Below, piece by piece: positions 31,800-39,592 of a stretch of 39,940 nt of DNA. Source of the DNA: a virus. The stretch spans positions 1 to 39,940 of IMG/VR virus record IMGVR_UViG_3300002307_000008, one strand, 5' to 3'. Position 1 is the first letter of the stretch. Every line of letters begins with the position of its first letter. The notes below the pieces were generated by a model. That model did no database searches and had not been told where the DNA came from. It saw only the letters and a list, made by a program, of their open reading frames with translations. Made by a program: the position numbers and the translations under genes.

Positions 31800-31974
31800 G
31801 CTGCTGGCTCCTCGGGAACCTCGGTGATGACGACTTCGGCGTCAATCTTGCCACCTTCGATGCTGACAATGAAGTCGAGCGCCTCACCAGGGAGGCCTTC
31901 GATCTTTTCGGTAACGTCGATTTCCTTCTCGCCTAAAGGAGTGTTGATCTTGAGGGCGAACTTGAAGCTCTTCA
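31796..31974 (-). CDS. Small acidic protein (58 aa)
   Basis: Translation is MKSFKFALKINTPLGEKEIDVTEKIEGLPGEALDFIVSIEGGKIDAEVVITEVPEEPAA. It is below the track cutoff and coupled by GTGA. Confidence 0.4.
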
Positions 31975-31977
31975 TGT

Positions 31978-32178
31978 TTACTTTTCGCCTGTCTTTCCAG
32001 GCTGTCTGGATTCGGATTCAAACTGTTCTTCGCAGGACTTCGGCGACCAGAACGTGCCGACGGCAACGACCGCTGCGGATAGATAGACCGCGACTTTTGG
32101 GTCGAGTGTGTTCGACGCGACGAGGTGGGAGCTGAAGGCCGCGAACGCCATTGCGAGCCGCTTGTAGAGTAGGCTCAT
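31978..32178 (-). CDS. Small membrane protein, holin-like (66 aa, two hydrophobic segments)
   Basis: The hydrophobic segments are LAMAFAAFSSHLVA and VAVYLSAAVVAVGTFW, followed by a charged C-terminal tail. Confidence 0.4.
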   Translation of the reverse strand: MSLLYKRLAMAFAAFSSHLVASNTLDPKVAVYLSAAVVAVGTFWSPKSCEEQFESESRQPGKTGEK

Positions 32179-32471
32179 TGCTGCTTGTCCGCCCTAGGAA
32201 CGATCTTGAATCCCGCGTCGAACAGCGCTTGGCGAATGGCGCGAGTGTCTTCAGCTGCGCTTGACATGTTCCGATCTACGACTCCGAATTTCTCGTCATG
32301 AGACCGCAGGCGTATTTCGTGGTCCGCAGTGACTGCTTCCAAGTGCGTCGTCTTCCATGTGACAACACCCCACGCGACACCCGCGCCTGACACAAGGGCC
32401 AGAGCGCTCATGAAGATCGGTAGCCATGTCGGGATAAGCTCGAACTGGCCGCGAAGTCGTTTGATTCCCAT
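32175..32471 (-). CDS. Membrane-anchored protein (98 aa, N-terminal TM plus helical domain)
   Basis: The TM-like segment is WLPIFMSALALVSGAGVAWGVV. It is the first gene after the long non-coding region. Confidence 0.45.
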   Translation of the reverse strand: MGIKRLRGQFELIPTWLPIFMSALALVSGAGVAWGVVTWKTTHLEAVTADHEIRLRSHDEKFGVVDRNMSSAAEDTRAIRQALFDAGFKIVPRADKQQ

Positions 32472-32726
32472 CGTTTAGTGGTCCGTGATGGTGGTTGATC
32501 CTGGAAGCTGATCTGGCTTCATAAATCGAATTAGCTTCGCTTGCGAGGGTGTCGCTTGCAGGTCACATGCCGCGAAACTAGCGCGAGGAACCAACGACGC
32601 TTTCCCTTACTCAGGAGTCCAAGCGTGAGCGCCCTATCAAGAGGCGGGCCAGGCGAAGCCAAAGTGAATTGAGCGACGTGCGGAAAGCGCGACCGCCCTG
32701 CTCGTGTTCAGGTGTCGCTCAAATTG

Positions 32727-32783
32727 GCCACCGGGCAGGAATCGAACCTGCGCACCAAATCTCTACCACTGAGCTACCGGTGA
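32727..32783 (-). ncRNA. tRNA-like element lacking an anticodon arm (mini-tRNA or truncated tRNA pseudogene)
   Basis: The minus strand reads TCACCGG-TA-GCTC-AGTGGTA-GAGA-TTTGGTGC-GCAGG-TTCGATT-CCTGC-CCGGTGG-C. It has a 7-bp acceptor, a D arm and a canonical T arm. Only 8-9 nt sit where about 22 nt of anticodon arm plus variable loop should be. Confidence 0.5.
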
Positions 32784-32897
32784 AAATCGAGACCCGGCGG
32801 CCAACTGATCGCGGCGACCGGGGAGGAAGGGATGGAAGCCCTTAGGCGTGGAAGCGCCCACAGAAATCGTATCAGAGGAACCTAAAAACCTGCTTGC

Positions 32898-32960
32898 ATT
32901 CCGGATTCCGCATTGGAATTCCAATCAAAACGCCGGAATTCCAATGAAAAGCCCGGAAAA
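32898..32960. promoter_or_regulatory. Cluster of GGAAT/ATTCC sites, including a perfect 14-bp palindrome
   Basis: The sites are ATTCCGG-ATTCCGC (32898..32911), ATTGGAATTCCAAT (32912..32925), GGAATTCCAAT again at 32935..32945 (exact 20-bp spacing) and CCCGGAAAA at 32952..32960. Confidence 0.6.
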
Positions 32961-32970
32961 CTCGCCAAAA

Positions 32971-33681
32971 TCACGCGGATTCTCGGACCAACCGTCTCGC
33001 CTCTTGCGCGGTGACAGCACCGTAAGCAGGTGGCGAGAAGAACTGCGTCTGACCGTCACGATCCATCGTGTACGTGACCTGCTCTCCCTCCTGCGGCCCG
33101 ATGATCGCGTGATCGTAAAGCACCCGCATGGCGTTGCGAATCGCCCGACAGTTGCCCGGTCCTTCGAGCCAGTCGAGCATTTCGTCGTAAGTGCTGAACG
33201 TGTTCGTGTCCGGCATCGGGTTCTCGACCGTCGCCTCCTTCAGGTGCCGATCGCGCTCCTTCGCTCGATATGGCAGTCCTTGGTACGCGCCAGTGATCGG
33301 AAGCAACTTGAGAATCATTTGCTGATCTTTCGGACTCAGCGAGAACTTCAGCATCTTGTCGACCGACAGGTACATCAGCTCAACCGCCGAGCAGAGCTTC
33401 GCGCCCTTCTGAGGCAAGTTCAGTTCACACTCGGACACCTTCAACCACGCCTTGTCCTCGCCGCCCGGACACTCCACCGAAGTGCGCAGCTCACCGGTTC
33501 GCCAGTGCTTCCAAACGCGGATTACACGCGTGGTCGATCCGAAGATCGCCTCCATCGATGGCAGGTCAGCACCTGACATTCGCGCCTTCGCGCAGCCCGC
33601 CCATATCTGCAAAGCCGACAGCCGGTACAGCTTCGCTCTGTGGTCGTAGTGCGTCGATTTCGGGATCCTCTTTTGCTCCAT
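32971..33681 (-). CDS. Hypothetical protein (236 aa) in the late-regulator position
   Basis: It is the last ORF before the non-coding region that precedes the lysis and packaging genes. I recognise no motif. Confidence 0.55.
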   Translation of the reverse strand: MEQKRIPKSTHYDHRAKLYRLSALQIWAGCAKARMSGADLPSMEAIFGSTTRVIRVWKHWRTGELRTSVECPGGEDKAWLKVSECELNLPQKGAKLCSAVELMYLSVDKMLKFSLSPKDQQMILKLLPITGAYQGLPYRAKERDRHLKEATVENPMPDTNTFSTYDEMLDWLEGPGNCRAIRNAMRVLYDHAIIGPQEGEQVTYTMDRDGQTQFFSPPAYGAVTAQEARRLVRESA

Positions 33682-33708
33682 GCTTCCTTCCTATGTCTTG
33701 ATTGCAAC

Positions 33709-34752
33709 CTACGCGGCGAAAGATGCCTTCAACTTTTTGCGCTCACGCCAGGCTTCCTCGTCCCACCGCTCACCGGTTTCCTTATCCCACTTCAAGACCG
33801 GCGCATCTCGGCCGCGATCATTCGGATCCGGAAGCCAAACGAAATCGATGCCGTCGATGGGTTTGGTCGGACCGTTCGAGGGCGCTTCCACCCGAGCCGC
33901 CTCGGGCAGCTTCGGAATGAATGCGATGCCGCCCGCCTTCATCTGGGCAAGCATCGGCGTGTGCTGGTTCCAGATCTGGCCCCAGTCCATGCCGAGCTGC
34001 TTGTGTCGAGTGACGAACACGTACAGCTCGATCGTCTGCTCGACACCGAGCTTGTCGACCAATCTGCGCAGCGGGTCATTCTGCCTCAGGTGGCGCCGGA
34101 TCTCATCCGCCGTAGGTTCGGGAACGTCGAGCTCGGTTGCTACGCCGACGAGAACCCGCTGAATGCTGTCGAACGGCTCAGAGGCAGCCCGAACAGCCAA
34201 AGGCGTTGAATCAGGAACCGGAGGATCGGGCACCGATGCTCCAGAAACGCTAGTTTCTGAATCTCTTAAATCTCTAATCTCTAATGGCTTTCGTTTGGGT
34301 TTGTCTTGGGTTTGCTCTGGGTTACCCGTTGGCTTAGCGTTCGCTAATCCGTTCGGTTTTGATTGGGTTTTGCGATCGCTTACCTGTGGCTGTGCATTCG
34401 GTTCTGCTTTCGCTTTCGGTGGACGGCCTCCGGAAGAACCGTTCGCTTTGTTCTTGGCTACCTTCTCGATCGTCTTCTCACGCAATTCGTGGCACTTGCT
34501 GTTCCGTCGGCAACCAGCCTCAGTCACAGGGAAGTGCTTCTCGAGCTCTGGCCAGACTTTCTTGAAGTCAGAGAGACCAACGCCGACCATGCGCGCCAGT
34601 GCCTCGATATCGTCATCGAGGCAGCCGTCTTCCCACTGAAAGCACAGAAGATCGACGTAAGCTCCTCGGGCGGCGAGGGACAGGCGGCGAGTTCCAGAAC
34701 TCGCCAGCCAATCCTGTTGCCAGAACTCGAAGTACGGTAACGGTGAAGGCAT
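33709..34752 (-). CDS. DUF1376-domain protein (phage replication-associated) with long C-terminal extension
   Basis: The N-terminus YFEFWQQDWLASSGTRRLSLAARGAYVDLLCFQWEDGCL matches the DUF1376 pattern (yf.fy..Dwl..t..ls....GaY..LL...w). Confidence 0.65.
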   Translation of the reverse strand: MPSPLPYFEFWQQDWLASSGTRRLSLAARGAYVDLLCFQWEDGCLDDDIEALARMVGVGLSDFKKVWPELEKHFPVTEAGCRRNSKCHELREKTIEKVAKNKANGSSGGRPPKAKAEPNAQPQVSDRKTQSKPNGLANAKPTGNPEQTQDKPKRKPLEIRDLRDSETSVSGASVPDPPVPDSTPLAVRAASEPFDSIQRVLVGVATELDVPEPTADEIRRHLRQNDPLRRLVDKLGVEQTIELYVFVTRHKQLGMDWGQIWNQHTPMLAQMKAGGIAFIPKLPEAARVEAPSNGPTKPIDGIDFVWLPDPNDRGRDAPVLKWDKETGERWDEEAWRERKKLKASFAA

Positions 34753-36750
34753 TTAGCCGATCACCTTCCGAGAACTCGAACCGGTTGTCCGCGGGCCGAT
34801 GACCTTATCTCGCTCCATTCGATCGAGAATCCGCGACGCTTCCTGAAACCCGATCTTGAACCGGCGCTGGAGCATCGACGTCGATATCTGCGAACCGTCG
34901 CGAGCATATGCGAGTGCCTGCGCGTACAGAGAGTCCGATTCGTCTGAATCGGACTCCTTGGGGTCCTCAAACGCGATCTTGAGCTGATAATCGGGCTTCC
35001 CTTGAGTTCGCCATGCTTCGCATAGAGCGGCAACCTCGGCCTCGCTGACGAAGCAGCCCTGAACGCGCATCGGCTTGCTCGCCTCGATATGCGAGAACAA
35101 CATGTCACCGCGCCCGAGTAGCTTCTCCGCTCCGACGCCGTCGATGATCGTCCGTGAGTCGACCTGCGATGCGACGTTGAATGCGATGCGTGACGGGATG
35201 TTTGCCTTGATCAGTCCGGTGATGACGTCGACGCTCGGTCGCTGCGTCGCGACGATCAAGTGAATGCCTACAGCGCGGGCAAGCTGCGAAAGACGCACGA
35301 TCGTCGTCTCGACGTCGTTCTTCGCTTGGATCATCAGATCAGAAAGCTCATCGATGACCACCACGATGTACGGCATGCGATCTTGGAACGAAACCTTCTC
35401 GTTGTAGCTGACAATGTTGCGAACGCCAGCATCCGAGAGAAGGTCGTACCGTTTGTCCATCTCTCGCCAGACGGCGCGCAAGACGCCAGGAGCCTCCTTC
35501 ACGTCTTTGATGACCGGGCACATGAGGTGCGGAATGCCGTCAAAGAGCGTGAGCTCAACCCGTTTCGGGTCGATCAGCACCAGGCGGAGATCCTTGGGCG
35601 TGTTTCGCACGAGGAGCGATGACAGGATCGTCGCAAGTCCGATTGATTTGCCGCTGTTCGTAGTTCCACCGATCAGAAGGTGAGGCATCGAAGCAAGGTC
35701 TGCGCAAACCGGTTGGCCGAGGATGTCTAGACCGAGCGTGAACATCAGAGGGCTTGGGCTGTCCATGAACGCCTTGCGCTGCGCTATCTCGCGCATGAAC
35801 ACGGTTCGGGGATGGCTCGTCGGCACCTGGAACCCGATCGTCCGCTTTCCGGGAATCGGTGCCTGAATGATCACCGACGAGACGCCGAGCGCCATCTGAA
35901 CGTTGTCCGAGAGCTCCGCCACCTTGCTTGTCTTGATGCCGTTAGGAATCTCAAGCTCATAGAGCGACACTGTCGGGCCTGGATGCACTTTTGCGACACG
36001 GCCGTTGACCCCGAAGGACCGAAGCGTCGCCAATATCTCACCCGAGTGCTCACCAATCTTGTCGATCTTTGGTTCGCTCGGTTCGCTCAAGAGTGCGAGC
36101 GACGGCAACGTGTAGCCGTCTCGGGCGATAACCGATGTCGCATCGTAGTCTCGATCGAGGATTGCAATCTCCGGCGTCGGCTCCGTCGGTGACTTGTGCG
36201 CGACTGTCGGTGCTTGAGCTACGGCGCTTGCCTTTGGTTTGCGCTGCTTTTGTACGGTCGTCGTCTCGGCTTCGTCGTCTTCGAGTTCGGGTTGCGACCT
36301 TGTGGTCGATGATCGACGGACGGCAAACACGCCTTGCACGTCGATGTCGCCTTCCCAGTCGGAGAAGAGGTTGATGTGCTCCTCGTCTGGGCTAAATGTG
36401 AATTTGAATCCAACAACCTGCTCGCTTTCGTTGGCTGGTGTGAACAAATCGACCGAGACCGCGCCGTAGAGATTGGATCGCTCCGCCTCGAGCAGTGCCT
36501 CCTTTCGCTGAGTCGCATAGTGACCACCAGGAACAAATTTACCGATGAGAATGGCCGAGCTTCCGTCGTTCGCGACAATGGAGTTCGGACCAACTCCGAT
36601 TGAGCAGGACTCCCACGAATCATCACCCTTGTACGGACGCTGGCAAAATGCCGTGATCAATGCTTTGACAACCGCGCCGCCTATCGGCATCTGAAAATCA
36701 GATTGCGGGTCTACGATCTCTTCTTCAACTTTCGCTATTTTCTTACTCAC
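34753..36750 (-). CDS. FtsK/SpoIIIE-family DNA translocase: soluble, with C-terminal gamma-like winged helix and an unassigned N-terminal domain
   Basis: Walker A is GGTTNSGKS and Walker B is YIVVVIDELSDL. It also has ATQRPSVDVITGLIKANIPSRIAF and the gamma-like ISTSMLQRRFKIGFQEASRILDRMERDKVIGP. There are no N-terminal TM segments. GTG start overlaps the upstream stop. Confidence 0.85.
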   Translation of the reverse strand: MSKKIAKVEEEIVDPQSDFQMPIGGAVVKALITAFCQRPYKGDDSWESCSIGVGPNSIVANDGSSAILIGKFVPGGHYATQRKEALLEAERSNLYGAVSVDLFTPANESEQVVGFKFTFSPDEEHINLFSDWEGDIDVQGVFAVRRSSTTRSQPELEDDEAETTTVQKQRKPKASAVAQAPTVAHKSPTEPTPEIAILDRDYDATSVIARDGYTLPSLALLSEPSEPKIDKIGEHSGEILATLRSFGVNGRVAKVHPGPTVSLYELEIPNGIKTSKVAELSDNVQMALGVSSVIIQAPIPGKRTIGFQVPTSHPRTVFMREIAQRKAFMDSPSPLMFTLGLDILGQPVCADLASMPHLLIGGTTNSGKSIGLATILSSLLVRNTPKDLRLVLIDPKRVELTLFDGIPHLMCPVIKDVKEAPGVLRAVWREMDKRYDLLSDAGVRNIVSYNEKVSFQDRMPYIVVVIDELSDLMIQAKNDVETTIVRLSQLARAVGIHLIVATQRPSVDVITGLIKANIPSRIAFNVASQVDSRTIIDGVGAEKLLGRGDMLFSHIEASKPMRVQGCFVSEAEVAALCEAWRTQGKPDYQLKIAFEDPKESDSDESDSLYAQALAYARDGSQISTSMLQRRFKIGFQEASRILDRMERDKVIGPRTTGSSSRKVIG

Positions 36751-36920
36751 GTTGCTTTCACCTCAAAGCTGTTGCTTGAAATCCTTCGGGCTGCGAGTCT
36801 GCGCAGCTCTTCGGCCCGATTCCTGAGCCGCAAGGCGTCCGCCTCGTGTCGTTCATGCCATCGTCGAACCGCTTCGTCCTGGCAATGGCGCGCCAGGTCA
36901 ATGAGTTTCTCTGGCTTCAT
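36747..36920 (-). CDS. Hypothetical small helical protein (57 aa)
   Basis: The ATG at 36920 overlaps the VRR-NUC stop (ATGA). It is the internal start of track ORF 36747..37019. Confidence 0.4.
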   Translation of the reverse strand: MKPEKLIDLARHCQDEAVRRWHERHEADALRLRNRAEELRRLAARRISSNSFEVKAT

Positions 36921-37339
36921 CGTTTGGAACCTCCTTGGAGCTGAGAGATCATCGACTGGATGCGCTGCATCGTGATCGTTCGATCGATATCGGCGAATCG
37001 GTAATAGGTGCGCATCCACTGCGCCACGGCGTCGAGCGCCATTTCGACCGTCCAGACGAAACGGTAGTGGCCAAGCTTGACCATCCGGATCTGATCGGGC
37101 CGACGTCGCGCCTTCTCGCTGCGCTTAACCTCAAGGCCAAGGCAGGAGCCACCGATGATCGGATGCCAGACGAGCAGGTCGGGAATCCCAAGCGAGACTC
37201 CCGATGACTCCTTCTGTCGATGCGCCGAAGTCGACAGCACCGTAAACCCGCAATGCTCTAACGCCTGCATGATCGCCACCTGGATGTCGTCCTCACTCGC
37301 CTTCGGGATGACCTTGGAGCGGGTAGCGGTTGCAGTCAT
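36917..37339 (-). CDS. VRR-NUC domain nuclease
   Basis: GIPDLLVW...LGLEVKRSE....Q gives the PD-(D/E)xK pattern of VRR-NUC. The ATG at 37339 overlaps the upstream stop. Confidence 0.65.
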   Translation of the reverse strand: MTATATRSKVIPKASEDDIQVAIMQALEHCGFTVLSTSAHRQKESSGVSLGIPDLLVWHPIIGGSCLGLEVKRSEKARRRPDQIRMVKLGHYRFVWTVEMALDAVAQWMRTYYRFADIDRTITMQRIQSMISQLQGGSKR

Positions 37340-38022
37340 GCGGCCTCCGCGTATTCGGTCATGATCTTGCGCTTGAACGCTTCGAAGATCTCGTCTCTGG
37401 TCAAGATGTTCGTCTGTGCGCGCATCTGGCCAACCGCGCGTCCCCAAGTTTGGGCAACAGAGATGACCGACTCTTTGCTGACCCCGAAGTCCTGAACGAT
37501 CGCCTCATAGTTCGTCTTCTGACCGAGTTGGCCGACGATCTCGATCACCTGACGACGGCTGAGTGGAAAGGTCCAATGCTTGAGGTCGACAGCTGGCGCT
37601 GCTGGCTTCGGTTCGGACTCTTTCGGAGTTGACGGAATGGTTCGAAGGGAAGCGAGTTCACCGCGCAATCCGTCGATCGTCCGCTCATGACTCAAACATG
37701 TCGACCGGAGCTCCTCTGTCTGCTTCTGTATCTGCGCATTCGCTCTCGCCACACCTTCGTTGATCGTCTCCAAAGCAGCGTTCTCCTGCTCCAACTCGGT
37801 GATTCGACTCCGCGCGAGCGCCAGATCAGTCTCAAGCTGATCGCTGCTTGCCGAGGGGACGAATACCTTCGGCTCGGCAACTTGATAGTCGCCCGGCTCG
37901 GCCAGAAGGTAATCCATCATCCACGAGAACAACAGGGCGTCCGATCCGTCGAACTTTGACCGAAAGTGCGCGACCGTTTCGCACAGCAACTTCTGGCCAC
38001 TGCTTACTTCTAACTCACTCAT
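37336..38022 (-). CDS. Coiled-coil protein with C-terminal HTH-like segment (228 aa)
   Basis: The central heptad-rich region is ELEQENAALETINEGVARANAQIQKQTEEL. The C-terminal segment is RRQVIEIVGQLGQKTNYEAIVQDFGVSKESV. Confidence 0.5.
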   Translation of the reverse strand: MSELEVSSGQKLLCETVAHFRSKFDGSDALLFSWMMDYLLAEPGDYQVAEPKVFVPSASSDQLETDLALARSRITELEQENAALETINEGVARANAQIQKQTEELRSTCLSHERTIDGLRGELASLRTIPSTPKESEPKPAAPAVDLKHWTFPLSRRQVIEIVGQLGQKTNYEAIVQDFGVSKESVISVAQTWGRAVGQMRAQTNILTRDEIFEAFKRKIMTEYAEAA

Positions 38023-38150
38023 ACAAAACACCTCGCTCCTGGTTCGGGATAATCAGGCCACCCGATGGCCTCAAAAAAGTCGGATTCCTCCGGTGTGTCG
38101 ATAACGTGGTCGCGGGCGATCGCTATTGGAATGCGAACCGCGTCGCTCAT
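38019..38150 (-). CDS. Hypothetical small protein (43 aa)
   Basis: ATGA overlaps at both ends. Translation is MSDAVRIPIAIARDHVIDTPEESDFFEAIGWPDYPEPGARCFV. Confidence 0.35.
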   Translation of the reverse strand: MSDAVRIPIAIARDHVIDTPEESDFFEAIGWPDYPEPGARCFV

Positions 38151-39592
38151 TTAGCGGCCGCCTTCGCCTCTGCGACCTGCTGATCATTTGCGGATTCCAG
38201 GAAGTCCCAGAACACAAGCCACCCTCCGAACTTATCGGCCCTTGACCCAATCGTGAGGGCCTCGCACAGCGCAGCTCGAACCGAATCAAATCGCTCCGGC
38301 GCGATGTTTCGAACGTCGGCGAGTGCCCTGCACCGCTGGCCCAGATCGGCCATCTCAGTCGCTGGTTGTGCGTTCATCGCCGTCGGCTTTGGCCAGCGGT
38401 AAGGCTTCCAACCGAACGCAAATCGGTCACCCGTCTCGGTCGTGCAGCTGCCGTCATACTGATGGTGAGTCTGAGGCTCAAACTCGAACGGATCGTCTTC
38501 AGTCGTCGCGGCCGTAGTCGTCGATGTACGCATCGTGCTCGCCGAAGAATCCGACAAGTCCGCTGGATGTGGCTTGGCTGAAGGCTCGGCCGCGTTTGCT
38601 TTTGGGTCCTCGACCACCTCTGCAACGACTACCGGCTCTGGCAACACACCGTCTCGAATAAACACGATGCACTGCTCCGGTGTGGTGAGCTGACGATCCT
38701 TGCAGGCCAGTGCCGCGAAGCGAAAATCGATCTTGTCGCAAGCTGACTTGAATTCCTGGAAGCGCTCTTTGCCGATCACGGCCTTCATGAACAACGTCGC
38801 CTCGTCGTTCTCCTCGATGTTGCATTCCCGCTCCAGCGTGAGCCAGTTGCGAGGGCGGACGTATTGCGGTTCGGCCACCGCCGGACCCGTCGCAGAGACC
38901 ACACGCTGGCCCGCTGACTCCTCGACAACTTCGCCGTCGATCGAAGTCGCCTCGTGAATGTCCTCCGCGTCTTGCGTGAAGCGGTCCGATAGACCGAGAG
39001 TCGTCAGAACCGCGTCGACGAACGCGCGCTTTTTGGCCATCTTGATGATGGTGTTCTCGCTGTCCCGAGGCTGCCTGATGTACTTCGATTCCATCGAGCT
39101 ACACGACCCAACGCCTTGGCCCACCTCGCGACCGTCGTGCGAGTAAAGTCGGCACCTAATCACGTAGCGGTACAACCCGAGCGACGTTCCCGCCTCGACT
39201 TCCGCTTTCTGGAAGTAGGTTCCCCCGTTCTTCGAGGTTCGGTTCCGTCCGATTCCTTCGGCGATAAGGCGCTGCTGCTCCGCCTCCGGAACCCTAGCCG
39301 AAACCCACTTCGTCATCGAGTAACGGGTCTCATAGTCATGGACGACGTCCTGCTCAAGCACGTCGAAGTCAGGCCGCAGCCCGAACCCTGCCGTCAATCG
39401 CTCGGCCCCGGCTTTGAGCAGGGTCATGCGCTTGTCGTTCGTTCCAGGAATGACCCCGAAATCCTTGCCCTCCTCAAGGGCTTCATTGACAAAGGCCGTC
39501 AGCGCCTTGTGTGCGTCGATGACGTCCGCTGGTGCCGCGATCGGTCGCAGCAACGCCGGTTTTGGTGCGTCGTAGGTAGCGAGTTCACTCAT
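38147..39592 (-). CDS. Putative single-strand annealing or recombination protein with ~250-aa C-terminal extension
   Basis: The N-terminal half has LLKAGAERLTAGFGL...GVGSCSSMESKY...IIKMAKKRAFVDAVLTTLGLSDRFTQD. This resembles phage recombinase families as I recall them, and the gene sits in a recombination module. The family assignment is unverified. Confidence 0.4.
   Translation of the reverse strand: MSELATYDAPKPALLRPIAAPADVIDAHKALTAFVNEALEEGKDFGVIPGTNDKRMTLLKAGAERLTAGFGLRPDFDVLEQDVVHDYETRYSMTKWVSARVPEAEQQRLIAEGIGRNRTSKNGGTYFQKAEVEAGTSLGLYRYVIRCRLYSHDGREVGQGVGSCSSMESKYIRQPRDSENTIIKMAKKRAFVDAVLTTLGLSDRFTQDAEDIHEATSIDGEVVEESAGQRVVSATGPAVAEPQYVRPRNWLTLERECNIEENDEATLFMKAVIGKERFQEFKSACDKIDFRFAALACKDRQLTTPEQCIVFIRDGVLPEPVVVAEVVEDPKANAAEPSAKPHPADLSDSSASTMRTSTTTAATTEDDPFEFEPQTHHQYDGSCTTETGDRFAFGWKPYRWPKPTAMNAQPATEMADLGQRCRALADVRNIAPERFDSVRAALCEALTIGSRADKFGGWLVFWDFLESANDQQVAEAKAAAK

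Noticed and set aside
32848-33576. 242-aa plus-strand ORF
   Set aside because: It is Arg/Leu-rich and antisense to the 236-aa minus-strand ORF, which has balanced composition. Its 5' end would run through the GGAATTCC site array.
33640-34209. 189-aa and 160-aa plus-strand ORFs
   Set aside because: They are antisense to the DUF1376 gene and have shadow-ORF composition.
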